Origin: Antedon mediterranea
Lineage: Eukaryota; Animalia; Echinodermata
DNA length: 64,000 nucleotides
Direction: 5' to 3'
Assembly: GCF_964355755.1 (NCBI RefSeq)
Contig: NC_092680.1
Coordinates: 9,238,001 to 9,302,000 of the forward strand
Both the position numbers and the translations under genes were made by a program. The notes below the pieces were generated by a model that saw nothing but the letters and a program-made list of their open reading frames with translations, had not been told where the DNA came from and ran no database searches. Positions 31,001 to 46,000 of the stretch are shown in pieces. Every line of letters starts with the position of its first letter. The stretch's first letter is position 1.

Positions 31001-34000
31001 GCACTAGGCCAGGATTGAACCCTGAAAGACAATGTATGGTACATAAAAAATCCTCACCTTCCATTGGTAGCAGCCACTAGTTATACCTGTTACAGCTAAA
31101 CCATAGCCTCTTCCTCCAGAACCATGCACCAGTGTGTTCCCTTCTTCAACAGTGCAACAGACAGCCTTCTCTGTATCAAAGAGAACATCTTGCATTGACT
31201 GACCACAAGGGTCTTCCTCTTGAACATCTGGGCTAACAGACTTTGCTACTTGTTCTGGCTTCTGCATCTCCTTAAGAAATTTTTTCTTGGCAGTGGCAAT
31301 AGGTGTGAACCACATGCTTGCTGAGATATTTGCCAACAACTCCTCAATCATCTGGTAATAAAGAACAGGGTCAATTACTCATACATTTGTATTTTATTTA
31401 CCTTTATATGATTGTTTATTGAACAAATTATTATTAGTAGTTTATATATACCTTTTTATTAATTCAATAAATGTTATTCTCTTTTGCATTCATAAGTAAA
31501 TCATCTAAAATACATGGCAGAAATAATAAGGTACCTTTGATTGCTGAATCTTGTTTAAACCAGCAGAATTGGATAATATATAATTCAACAGGTGTAGAGC
31601 TAGTAGTCTTGTTCTGAGGTTGTGAAGGTGAGGTAAAGCTGAAACAGCAAAGGTTAAATTGTGATATGACTATGCTAAATGACAACAGAAGAGGAATGGA
31701 TTAATAGGTCTGAAAAGCTTCAGATGAATGGTGGAAAAGAATAAAGATGACTTGCTTGGGAGTAGAAGAATGAAAGAAAGTACGCTAAAGGAAGAACATA
31801 TGAGCAGCATCAAATGAATGACAGCAACCCCTTATAAAATAGTTGTACAAAATCATTAAAAATCTAATGTTATATATTATAGAACACCTAAATAATAATT
31901 CCTGTCATTTGATTGGATAATTGTGGGTCACATGGCATGCAATAATACGCACTATTAAACGATCATTTGATTGTACTTTTTTTCGTGTACGTAAAAAAAA
32001 AATCTGTTCCCGTTTGGAAAATATTTTTTTTTATACTATTGCTCTTGAAATACAACAGCGCCACTGCCTGGTTGAAATATAACCTTTCATAATTCACCTC
32101 ATGCCATTATTTGTACCATTACACTCATAAACATTCATTATTTGTTTACTATCATATATTTAGAAAGATGAATAACTTGTTATGTTGTAGAATGGATAAA
32201 TGTACCTGTGATCTTATCCTGTCCAGTAATATGGAGCAGTAGGCTGAGCCATTCATTACAAGCCATCTTATTGGTCAAAGTTAATGATGACGATGACACA
32301 CGATGTAGGAATACCAATAGGTCACCTAATGATGACTCGGCCATACTCTTCATTTTCTTGCTAACACGAACCCCTAAAATCAAATATGCTTGTATTTTAT
32401 TCTTATAAAATAAAATGCTTGAATTCGTAAATATAAATACAGTAGAAGCCCTCATTAGGCCGGGACACTTTACTGTTTTCAAATGAGGGGCAATATATGT
32501 TAACACTACAGCTAACCACTGGGGATTCTACTGACAAATGAAGGGCAATATATGTTAACACTACAGCTAACCACTGGGGATTCTACTGACAAATGAAGGG
32601 CAATATATGTTAACACTACAGCTAACCACTACGGATTCACTTTTCTGTTTTCAAATGAAGGGCAATATATGTTAACACTACAGCTAACCACTAGGGATTC
32701 ACTTTTCTGTTTTCAAATGAAGGGCAATATATGTTAACACTACAGCTAACCACTGGGGATTCTACTGACAAATGAAGGGCAATATATGTTAACACTACAG
32801 CTAACCACTGGGGATTCTACTGACAAATGAAGGGCAATATATGTTAACACTACAGCTAACCACTACGGATTCACTTTTCTGTTTTCAAATGAAGGGCAAT
32901 ATATGTTAACACTACAGCTAACCACTAGGGATTCACTTTTCTGTTTTCAAATGAAGGGCAATATATGTTAACACTACAGCTAACCACTAGGGGTTCACTT
33001 TTCTGTTTTCAAATGAGGGGCAATATATGTTAACAGTACAGCTAACCACTGGGGATTCTACTGACAAATGAAGGGCAATATATGTTAACACTACAGCTAA
33101 CCACTAGGGATTCACTTTTCTGTTTTCAAATGAAGGGCAATATATGTTAACACTACAGCTAACCACTAGGGGTTCACTTTTCTGTTTTCAAATGAGGGGC
33201 AATATATGTTAACAGTACAGCTAACCACTGGGGATTCTACTGACAAATGAAGGGCAATATATGTTAACACTACAGCTAACCACTAGGGATTCACTTTTCT
33301 GTTTTAAAATGAAGGGCAATACTACAGCTAACAACTAGGGGTTCACTTTTCTGTTTTCAAATGAGGGGCAATATATGTTAACACTACAGCTAACCACTAG
33401 GGGTTCACTTTTCTGTTTTCAAATGAGGGGCAATATATGTTAACACTACATCTAACCACTGGGGATTCTACTGTATGCTAACATTTCAACTTCAAAATGT
33501 TTTGATAATTATTGTTCTTTTTATTTTGTGACTAAGGGGCCAACTGTTTACTGATTTATATTTCTGATCAAGGCTTCCCTCTTTAAAGAAGACTAAATAG
33601 ATATAATTTAGTTTATGGAAAAACCATTTTGTGACTATAAAGTAATATAAAAAATTCTCTGCATATCCTACGTTGAATTTATAACCATGTTACTAGAGTT
33701 AATACAAATAAAGCGTACCTTTCTTGCTTGTTTTCTCTTTGGTACCATCTTGAGAAGATGATGTGTCCTTACATTTGTCTTCTAATATGTAGGTCCTGGA
33801 AGCCATCTTTACTAATCGTATCAATTGGTTGTAGAGCAGTTCTACCACTGCATTTATCACATGTTTCTCCAGCTTTTTATCATGAATTCTGGAAAAATAA
33901 AATGAGAAGTGAAAAAAAAAACCTGAGCCTTATTAATGTTTTCTCAAAGCCCTGAGGCATCGGGGCAGTGGGTTCTTGGTGTTAACATTCTTCTTCAATT

Positions 34001-37000
34001 CAGATAAAATATAAAATAATTCATAGGTTAGTGTGTTTTTCAGTGAAAAATGATTGGGTATAATCATAAAATAACCAAATAATTACTCTGTGCTAATAGC
34101 AATAATCTGTAGCAATCTGGTACTAGCCACATGTACAATTGTAGAGATGTGAGACATAGAGGCATCAGAAGAAGACACTGGTCTGAGGTTAGATGACTGT
34201 TGATCACACAGTTGTGATAGTATCATTAACACGCCACTGGTTACTGCAACAGTGATATCTGCAGGCTGGTATTGGACACTAAGAGCACAGAGTGTTAGCA
34301 GTATTTGCTTCTGACGAGCACCTGCAAATATAATTAAAGGTTTCTTAACCTAACTTTCATTTCATTTTTATAATACAGTAATATTATATGTATATTGAAA
34401 ACTAACTTTAAATTCAAATGACTGGAATATTATTTGTTTTTCTATCTATGCTGTTTGGTAAATCAGTCAATAGATTTTTTGAAAAACATAGCAAGGATCT
34501 ATTATATGTAATAGTTACCTAAATAGGAAACGCAAAATGCTACAAAAGCATTAACTTTACACATATAGAAATAAAGAAGAATTAAATACCTTTACCAGCT
34601 TTGATGTCTTGTTCTTTAGATGCTAATGTAAGAGCAAGATGCTCATAAATATGGTGTGCTACTTCTTGTATTTCTTGCTGTACAGAGGAATTAGCAGAGT
34701 GTATACCATCCTATATACAATAAAAATAATAGTATTAGCAACTACTAAAGGAGTGTCCCCTTAATAGAGGTGAATCCTGAATATGGTTGGTTTTAGCGTT
34801 AATAAACCTATATGGCCTATCATTCGATTCACATGAAAGTGTCCCCTTGATAGGAGAGTCCTCTGAATAGGAGTGTCCCAATGGAGGGCTTCTATTGTAA
34901 TTGTAAAATAACAATGTATCGGGTCATTTTGAACAGTGTTACATGACATATCTACCAGGCATGACTGCACATCAATACATGATTATATGGATTATGGCAA
35001 TTTAAAAGGCATTAAAAAGGTAGTTTGATCCAATCAAACAGAAACATACTGGCTTTCCCACTGAATATATTGAAACCTTAGCTATGGTGAGCTAATTGTT
35101 GCACAGACATTGTATTCATGATGGCTGTAAGGATTTGAGTAAAATTATTTACTAATTTATCCAGACATTTTTTTTTCAGTTATGTGGTATGTTACTGCAG
35201 TAATACTACTAAATAAACAAACCTGATAATGATATAGCTGATTCGATTCAGGTGTAGATTCCAAAGGCAGTCCAAACTCAAAACAGCCGCTAAGAAACTG
35301 TAAATATACAGTGCTGAGAAGGGGCATGGAACTGAACGTAGGTGTGAAGCTACTAAATAGGCCTGGAAGAACATCCTTTGCTTTAGTACTTTCACCACCA
35401 TGAAGCAACGCATATATCTGATGCAGAGAATCTAAACGAATCTAAATAATAAAAATTGCATTTACTTTGTCTTCATTCCTGAATATACAGAATTTAAAAC
35501 CATGACCATATATGTAAGTATAATTAGACTAATTTGGACAAAAGATATTGGCAAATCAATTGTTAATGCAATCTACGGTAAATAAGGTACTTACATACAT
35601 ATACCATCATTGCAAAATGTTGATCTTATTTGACTTAAGCATTTTAATAATTACCTCAGCTCTACTTTGCTGTCTCTGCATGGCTGTGATAATCAACTTG
35701 GGGTCAGTACATGACCCCTCTTCTTCAAACTTTGCTGATGATGAAAACTCACTACAAACAAACTCACATATTTCTGAACAAATGTCATTAACTGAAATTG
35801 TAGAAAGAAGTTTGTATGCAAAGTATTTGAAAAAAATATTTAGTTGATTGTTATATTTCATATGTTAAAATATCAAACTTGGACAACTCAAAAAGATAAA
35901 AAAATAGAACAGTCCACACTTGACCATGGTACTATACTCAAATCATTATCAGATTATTTTCAAAGCATGCCCTTACAATAGCTAAAATGGAGTGTACTCA
36001 TCCATTGATTCTTTACATTTAAACAGTTGGCAAGCTAGTTTATCATTTGTCAGGCAATTTATTCTTATCATTTACAACTTATATCAAGTTATATAATTCA
36101 AACCCTACCTTGCTGCACATGTTTCAAGTCACACTTCTCTGATCGACCTTGTACCGTATTACTTTTGTTAGACTTGTACTGAGGTTGGCTATGATCACTT
36201 TTTGAAACTGTTGCCTATAAATAAATAGAAAATAGTTAGGAAAGCATTTATTTAGAAAATTTCAGGGTACAATGCGACTTCAATAATTGTTGTTTAATTG
36301 GCGCAATATAACTGTTTGATTATTATTATACAAAAGAGCACCACATTCAAATTCCAAGTAAAATTAATTAATTTACATTTACCAATTGTTGCTCATTATT
36401 TTCGTCATATTTCACTTCAGTTTCCAGTTCGGAATCACTAAGTGAGTAATGGACATCTGCTTGGTCTACAGATAAAACACACAAAATATTGAATGACATA
36501 AACATTAATAAAAAGCATATCTTATTCTAAAGGTATTAACCATTGGAACAAATTATATTTCTCTATATAAGAATAGATACAAGTTGTAGTAATTCCTATA
36601 TTATTGGAAAGTGCGACAAAACATACATATTTAAATTTTCAGTTTTTGAATGTGCAAGTCAACTAAAGTCGATAAGTCACAGTATTCAAAGTTAAAAATT
36701 GACCAATTATAACAAAGTTTTAAAATGTTATGCTGACTTTAAATGAAATAAAAGGTTCAGCAAAACTCTTAAAGATTTTGGGCAGAACATAGATACAAAG
36801 CTGCAATATTCGTTTTAAAGAAATGAACTTGATTGATTTGATGTCGAGGATTGGTCAATGTTGACATTTGACAATTAATCACAAATGTTTTTTTTCATAA
36901 GGTGATCGAAAGGATAACTACAACCAAAAGCATTTATAAAAAGAACAAATTGTTCTTCAATAAATTGGTTATAATACATATATATAATACATTGTTATAA

Positions 37001-40000
37001 TTGGTCAATTTTGAACTTTTGAATATACATTTTGAAAACGCTTCCTTCCAAATTCTGTCTACGGGTGGTGATTCTCCCTTCTGCCACTGCTTTTGTTTAT
37101 GAAATAATAACACTAATAGATATGTTCTGATTTGTGAATGTATTACTAACCTTTGCTTTCTTTTGTTTGGTTGTCTTGGTTACTAGCCCCATTATCAGCT
37201 TTCTGATTATTAGTTTTAGGGATAGATGAATTGACAGCCAATAAAAGAAATGCTGCACGTTCTATTACACATTTACAAGCCTCGGAGAAGTTACAGCTAT
37301 CTTCGTCATTTTCTTCGTTCACTTTCTCTTCCTTTGGCGGCGGTTCCTCCTCCTGATGTTGTAGCTCAAGGGCCAACGCATGTTGCTTTTCTGCAATTGA
37401 CTCTAAATATATTGGGCGATAATTAAGTAATGCTGAATTTTTTTGAATGGCTATAATTATGTGTATTAATGTTGTAATAAAAATATTACTAGATAAAAAA
37501 AAATAATTGGTATTATATATATATTGATTGGAGTTGGGTGTAAGAGTGTCAGAACAACTAGAAAACTTACTAAACATTTGTTTGATTTTAAGTTGTCCTT
37601 TTGGTCTGGTTTCACCTTCTTTTTCCTGTTCACTACACTTTGCACTGCTAGCTGTGTCAGACTGGTGTAGTGTCTTGCTGTATGTTGCCCCCCTCTTGTC
37701 ATGCATTCTTGTAGTGACAAGAATCCTACGCACCTTGTATACAGTCCAATATATCTCAACCAGGGCACTGGAAGGAGCTTGCTTGCTGTTTACATTAAAA
37801 AACAAATTAATTCTAAACTAGAATTGAATTTGTCACTTTGATCATACGTTAAAATTTGAAATTTGAGCACAAGCATCCTATGACCTTATTCATATACGCT
37901 TATAGTGCTGCTGTGATGTGTCATAGCATATACAGTATATACTATATATTTTATGCTAAAATGATCACCTAATAATTGTTAAGTTGTATACAAATGTTTA
38001 TAAAATTGCCTACCATGTACAAAATAATGTAGAAATAGCAAGATCAAATTGAACACATATTCACATAATAATAAGAATATTAAAACTGTTGTATGAATAT
38101 TCTTCAAACAATAACATTCATTCTACAGCACACAGCATTTTAGACTTAAATAATCAACTTTAAAATTGCATACAATAACATACAGCATAGATATCACTTT
38201 ACCTTGAAGATATATCAAGAATCGGCTGTTGACAATGTTTGAGAAGACAGGCTAGCAAGCATTGTGATGCGCGGTCTAATAGAGCATGCTCAATGTTCTC
38301 CCCTTCACTACAATCCCAATCTGAATGTATAAATTATCAATAAAACAACATTAAATTATATTATCAAGAAAAGAATTAAATATTAAATAATAACAGCAGC
38401 AACAGACGACAATTTTTAATGGTAGTCACCAGATTTAGGCATATAAAGGTAAAATATATTATATTTTTACCTTTAGATTTTGCATAGGAATGCATCTCTG
38501 TAAACATTGTATTGCCAGGCTCTCCAATCTTGCCAACAGCGAGATCAAGTAACTTCATCAAATCAGGTGCTACTTCAAATTCAGAGGAATCATAATCATC
38601 GTCACCACTGATTACTGCTTCACACACATGACTCACAATTTTATCTGCACATTTGAAAAAAAAAACAAAAACAAACATGACAGGATTTACAATATCTGAA
38701 AAGTAGGTTTAAACGTAAACAAAATCTAAGCTTGATTAATCAAATGGGTAAATTGTTTGGGCTCATAATAGGGATGCTTGTTAAAATGGTGGTTATTTCA
38801 ACATTTGAATTATTTACATCTAAATGTAATGTTATGAGAAGATAATAGTAATAAAAGTGTTTATGTAGGCAGAGGAATAAAGATCAGGTCAGAGTGCAAT
38901 TATTCCATACTTCAAATTTTTCAGCACATCACCACCTTTCTCCTAACTTTTCTTGAAACAAGTATTTTGATAAAGAATAAAAATATACATTCTTTCTGTC
39001 AACAAACTATATTTGCACATACCTAACTCCTTATTACTGAATGATTCTAGGCCATCTGAGAAAAGTTTACTCTTGAGCCAAGTAGTCGTCTTTCTTTCCT
39101 CCTTAGAAGCTGGCATCCACACCAACATTCCTCCAAGACATCTTCCAATCACCAAACTACATGTACGCTCAAGATCCACTAACCACACCCATGATTTGAA
39201 TGGCTGTTGAACACTGGTGCTTGATGGATTACCTAATTTGTAGAATCCATGATTTGGTTACATTTAAACATATGACATATAACTGGAAGGAAATATCAAG
39301 TTTTACAGAAGGGAAAGCCCCATTACTGTGTAAAGAAAAGCAAAGTCAAACACAAATTTACCTTGCATAGGCCATTCTAACTCCTGCTCTTCCAACACAG
39401 CAGCTGCTGGCAGTGATCTATTCAAATGGTCAAGTTCAGGGAGTAAGCACAACAGATGGATTAGCAAAGGTCGTGTTACAGTCACAGGAAGTAAGAGAAG
39501 TGAATGAAGTATTAGTGACAACATTGCACCAGCAGCAGAATTAAAGAGAACATCTTGTAACTTCTCTCTGAGGGCATAAGATACTTGACAGTGGTTCTGT
39601 TGTAGTAAAGCTATAGACCTCTGCAGGACCTCGACAGCATGAGGTAGTAGAAGAGACAGGTGCTGCTGGAGGAGTCCAACACAAGAGGCAACCTATACAA
39701 AACCATATTCAATTAATTGGTAGCTTACCTAACAATACTTATACATATATGTTTCGGTATTCTCATACATCATCAGTAAATAAACTGATTATCAAGATAT
39801 GATTTTTTATGTTGTCAGTACAAGATATCTGATAAAATACATTAAACCTACCCCTTCTCCTGTACTATTGTAACAATAAGCCAACAGGTGTTTTTGAAGT
39901 GAGGATAGAAGTTCTCGCAGGTGTGATGGAGGGGCATACTCTTCATGTCGTACCTGCTTTTGACTTTTATCACTGTTCTTCTCCAATTCACCAAAAGCTT

Positions 40001-43000
40001 GTTCCTAAAAAACAATTAATTGTGTTTTCAACATTTTAGAAATTAGATAGACACAATCATAATTTCCTTTTTCATTGTTAATCTTATTTACAATACTACA
40101 GTGCCATAAACTATATTAAATACTTACAGTGTGATAGCCAACATTTCTTAGCAGTGTCTTCATAAGTACTTCTGCTAGATGTGTGTCTTGTCCATCCATT
40201 AGCTGATAAGAAGCATCAGTGCTATAAGATGCATCCACCTCAAAGTCAGTGGGAGATGTGAAGCCTAGTAAAGATGCTACATGTATATTCTCTTGAAGAC
40301 TAGTTAATATGATACCAAGCTGCATCCTCTAGTTAAACAAAAATTGATTAAAAATAGTAAGAAGCTTAAAAGTTACTTACTCTTTCAGTATCAAGGTATC
40401 TATCTTTTAGTTTTGAAATAGGCATGGATGTAAGAGTGTTGGGCGGAGGACACTTACAGCAGAATCTTTCACCGTAAAGTTTATATTTTTCCGACCAGCT
40501 TAATTTAAACACAGCAATCACCCAAGAAACCTCTGGGTACTGAAAATTACTGTTTTTACCAACTTTTACTAATTTATAACCCTAGACTTCTTTAGACAGT
40601 GCTCTCAGAATTGCCTGCCAGACGTCCCGGTGCAATTAAAAAATCATGTCGGGCATTTAGAATTTCTCTGTCCCAAAAGGCAACCTAAAGTATTTTTCCA
40701 GACATCAACAAAAAGTACATGAATAGAAATTTCCCACTATTTCAAATATAAATAGAATTTTTCAATGATGAAAGAGGCACCGGTGAACTACTACTCTTCT
40801 AATTATAGTAACAACGTTCGTCTGTTGTTCGTACTAATGATGCCGACCGAAATCCCTATACTGTATGTACTGTAGTGGTTAAGTAGTACTGTACTTGTAA
40901 ATACTTGCGATTGCATACCAAGATAATTTGCATATTAGTCTACAGGTTGTTGGTCGTATATATAATTGTAACAAGAATGTACAAGGACAACACAGAAAAG
41001 CGGTACGAGTAAAACAGTGATATTAGACGAGATTACATACTATACTTAAATGTAGATATATGAATGTGAACGTATAGAATAAATACACTTGACTGGGCTG
41101 CTGAATCTTTATTTGCTGTACATCACACTATACATAACAGTGCCTATTTGTTGGACACAATCATGCCAAGAAACACAGCTTAGCAGATGATGAAAGGCCA
41201 TGCTTCCTCTCTCTACTCACAGAGTCACATGCTTTTTCTTCTCCTAGAGAGCTTGAGAATATCTGTGGTGTTGTGTGGGTCGGTTTCAGTAACCTTTTAT
41301 ATTCATTAAAAAAAATCTGACCAATAGGAGGCTGCTGCAGGACTATACAAATATCTGTGGTGTTGTTTAGGATCCGTTTTGGTTCTTTTTATATTCTCAC
41401 TAAGTTAAGGCTCTGTGTTTTCGTGAGGTTGTACATCACAGTCTTCTTGCCGTTTTAATATCGGAATAACAATTTATACCTCATACATTATATTGATATT
41501 GCAACTATATTTCCTAATCAGCTGCCACTGTCAATATATGATGACCAAATGAAATTTATTCTGGTAGGCCAAAAATGTCTCGACACTGACAGTAGTCTAG
41601 AGAGGCCTGTCAGCTACTTTAAATTGTAGCTAGCCTAAGGCCATTTTTAGGCTAGATAGGATATAGCCTAGATAGTCCTAGTACTGAGTAGGGCTATCGT
41701 TTAAGACCGCCAATGATATCAGCCAGACAATTCGTTGTTGAGTAGATTGTTTAGATTAGGGATTGTTTAATTTGGCGGCTATGTAACACACGATGCAATT
41801 TTGTTGATCGCATGCATGTATGTACTTTTTTAAAATAATGTATACCTACCACCACCACTAGGGTTAACTGTACATTACTGGCCTAATCAAGTAGAAGTAG
41901 GTGTTTATAAACGACACGTGTGTAATACTAATAGCCACTCCATTATAATTATTTTTTACACACAATTCAGTGAGGTTGGGGGGGGGGGGGGTTGTAGGGC
42001 GGGGTTGAAGTTTGAAATATGCAATTGTAAATCATAATAATGTATCTCTATAATTATTATTATTATATAATATTGTCAAGACAACCCAAAATTGTACAAT
42101 TCTGCGAGGCCTGTGGTCTGTAGATAGGAAAAGAGAGCAGAGTGAGGCAAGAGAGTCCTCAGAATATAATTCTGACATTTACAGGGAAGTAAATCTATGT
42201 TTTATAAACCAATAGTTGTTATGAGACTCCACCAGATTGCCAGGCAAAAGGTGAAACCTTGTAAATTCCTGCAGGTAGAATAAGTGAAAGAAATTTAGAT
42301 ACCTGTCCTCTAGATAAACTATCCCATCTATCAGGTCCTTGTGGTAGCAGAGTATGAAGAAGCTCCATTCTCTCTCTAAGGGGAGGAAGCAATAAAGGTG
42401 CTCCTATAGATAGCGTTTCATTTACAGCCTGCAGAAAACAAGTAAGAATATAAATACTCTTTTACTTAAAAAATAGTAATTCTGAAATAAACTATGGTGC
42501 TTCTATAGGTTTAAAATTAACAAACATTAGTTTAAGTTTAATAATTAATTAATGGAAAAGTTTTAAAATTATTTTATCATCCTGAATTCAAGGTTTTATT
42601 TTCTTACACAATTCATTAAAGTAGTAATACATTATTAATAGATCATAACATTTTACCTTCTGAACACACCCTGGGGTACTTGAATCCATTAGCCTAAACA
42701 AGAGATGTCTAAGTGGTCTGGCTTGGTTACCAAGGATACTAGCTGCAACACCACCTGCTTGTGCCAATTGGAGATGAGTACACAGTAATTTTAGGCAGAG
42801 CATTACAAAATGATGATGTTCCCTAAAAAACAAACAATAACAAGTTAAAAGCTAATATTAATTCATTTAATAATAATTTTAAATTGCACTTTGTTGTCAG
42901 TGGTTTAGTTTACCTTGGAGTGGGAAATGGAACTGGTGGATGTGTTTGGTCAAAGCCATCACAGTATCTTTCAAGGAATGACCGTAGATGACTGAATGTC

Positions 43001-46000
43001 CCTTCTTGAAGATCTACACAAAACGGCCTATGCCATGCTACAACTTGTCTAGAATAAAAATCAAACACACAAATCTATTGAGAGATAATGATCATTATAA
43101 ACTAGACGAATTATAGATTCTATTTCGTCATCAGCCTATGTCGCTACGGAGTAGTACGAGAGAGAGTACCGCGCATGCGTATGCCAGTTGTACCGTTCAT
43201 GTACATGCTGCTAGTCATTTTCACTTATCAGATAGAAGAATAAATTTCCAAACTACAGTTTTTCAAAGTTTTTGTAGAATTTCCATCTAGACTGGTCAAT
43301 TCAGATAAGTATATAGACACTACAGACCGTTTTTTAGAACAGGTTATTTCTTGTTTTCTCTATGGAGAACAGTGATTACATTTCTACTACGCCTAGGTCA
43401 AGCGAGGGTTTTCCCGCCGGCGCGCTTCCCGCCGTAGTAGGCGATGAAGAGACGGACCCCCCGCTATCGCCAACAGCGAAGGGCTCATCGCTTGTAAATG
43501 TGTTAGCTGCAATGCAGCGTAGTATGACAGAGACTAATACACTGTTGGGCGAGCTTAGTAGAGCCAAGCCTATTCAATTGTCTTCAAATGAAGCAATTAA
43601 CACACCAGCTTCACAGGAAGCATACACACTAGCTTCACAGGAAGCATACACTCCAGCTTCACAGGAAGCATCAAATACTGCACATGCAGCACATACCTCT
43701 AATGATAACTCAAATAATCACCCCATATCGGAGGACGAGGCCTTGAGCATATTCGGAGGGGATGAATTTGAAGAGGCTGAAGAGGTGGAGGAGGAAAATG
43801 TAGACTCCATCCTTAATCTAATAGATACGTCCCTATGTGTTGACAACACTGCTGGGCCTGACATATCGGAAAAAATCGCAAAGATAATAAATGCTAAATT
43901 TGAATCTGCACTGAGTCTAGATAAACGCAAGGCTATCATTGAGAGATATAAGATACCGGGAAATCTAAAAGAAGTATATGTACCAAAAGTAAATGACCAA
44001 ATTTGGAATGGACTGAAGTCTTTTAATAAACAAAGGGATCTGCGTGTAGCAGCCCTACAGGACTCAGTCGTAAAGGCCACAAGTGCCATTGCTATTTGTA
44101 TCGAAGATATGCTTAAGGCGAAAGAATCCAAAAAGGCTCCTGATTATAAGCTAACAGCTACCCGCCTGTTTGACTCTGTAGCCCTCTTGGGTTTTGTCAA
44201 CAAAGAGTTATCGTATAAAAGGAGGGACACATTAAGACCGCTATTAAGCACAGACCTCAAAAATGCATGTTTAAGAACAAACAAACCTGAAAGAATGCTA
44301 TTTGGCAATGACTTAAAACAGGTTATGACTGATTCAAAACTGGAAGGGAGGATTATGAAAAACCAGGGACAAGTAGGCAGATATGCCCCATACACTACAC
44401 AGAGAAGGCCTTTTTTACCTCAGAGAGGGTACAACCCTCAGACATATCGACAAAACTATCAACAACACCAGGTAAATCCCCACGCCAGCGGACAAAGGGG
44501 ACAGTCCGGACAGTACCAGGGAAAAAGAGGCAGGATGTTCAAGAATTACCGGCGATAGATTCACAGGTAAAGGCACACTCTGTGTTAAATGATCTTAAAC
44601 GATACTTAGACTATCGAATAGAACATTTTGTTGGTGGCCAATTGAAAAAATTTATAGAAAAATGGCAAGAACTAACTTCTGATCATACAATCCTAAATTC
44701 AGTGAAGGGTGAAATAATACAATTTTTAAGTCCTCCACCACAAACCATTACACGTCCATCAAATTTTATTGCAAAGAATCACATCAACTTAGTAGAACAT
44801 GAAATACAGACACTGTTAACTAAACGTGTACTGGTTAAATGTGCATATGAACCAGGGGAATATGTATCTCCAATTTTTTCAGTTCCTAAGAAAGATAATA
44901 GGGTACGCATAATCTTAAATTTAAAATCACTAAACAAATATATTGAATATAAACACTTTAAAATGGACACAATCAATACCGCATTAAGTATGATAACGAA
45001 GAATTGTTGGATGGCCTCTATTGACTTAAAGGATGCATATTATAGTGTGGGAATACACAAGAATTCTCAGAAGTATCTAAAATTTCACTATCAGGGAGAA
45101 CTTTATAAATTTACAGCATATCCAAATGGTCTTTCCTTTTGCCCACGAACATTCACCAAACTTTTAAAACCACCACTTAGTTTTCTGAGAAAGAGAGGAC
45201 ATATTTTATGTGCCTATATTGATGATTTACTATTAGTAGGATCCACATACAAGAGATGCGTTGATACTATTATGGAAACAATAAAGATGTTTGATAATTT
45301 AGGTTTTGTCATACATCCTGAAAAATCAGTTTTTATACCTACACAAAGTATCACATTCTTAGGTTTTAACATTAATTCAGGAAATATGAAAATTACTTTG
45401 ACAAGTCCAAAAATTGATCGACTTACTAACTGTATTACCAGGATATTGGCAACATCTACTCCAACAATTCGAGAGATAGCACAGATTATTGGGTATATGG
45501 TGTCAAGCTTCCCTTCTGTACAATATGGTAAATGCCATTATCGGGCAGTGGAGAGGGATAAGATTAATGCTTTAAAGACAGCCAGAGGAAATTTCGACTC
45601 TAAAATGTGCTTGTCGTCCTCGGCTATTGAGGATCTACAATGGTGGCTGATAAACCTACCACAATGTTTTAATGTAATTGGACATTTAGCAATTGATTTA
45701 ACTATTTACACAGACGCCTCTCTTTCTGGTTGGGGGGCAGCAATGGGTGAAGCCGCTACAGGTGGTCATTGGACAGTAAATGAGAGAAAATACCATATAA
45801 ATTATTTAGAGCTATTAGCTGCATATTTTGGCCTGAAATCCTTTTCCAAACAAGTTCTAGGTAAACAGGTAAAGCTCATGATTGACAATACTACTGCTGT
45901 TTCCATTATAAATAATATGGGAACATGTCACAGTGACCCTTGTAATGATATTACACGGACAATTTGGGCATTTTGTGAAAGTAATAATATTTGGATTACT

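Noticed and set aside
29517-33473. Tandem arrays as CRISPR arrays
   Set aside because: Units are contiguous with no unique spacers, there are no cas genes, and they lie in spliceosomal introns.
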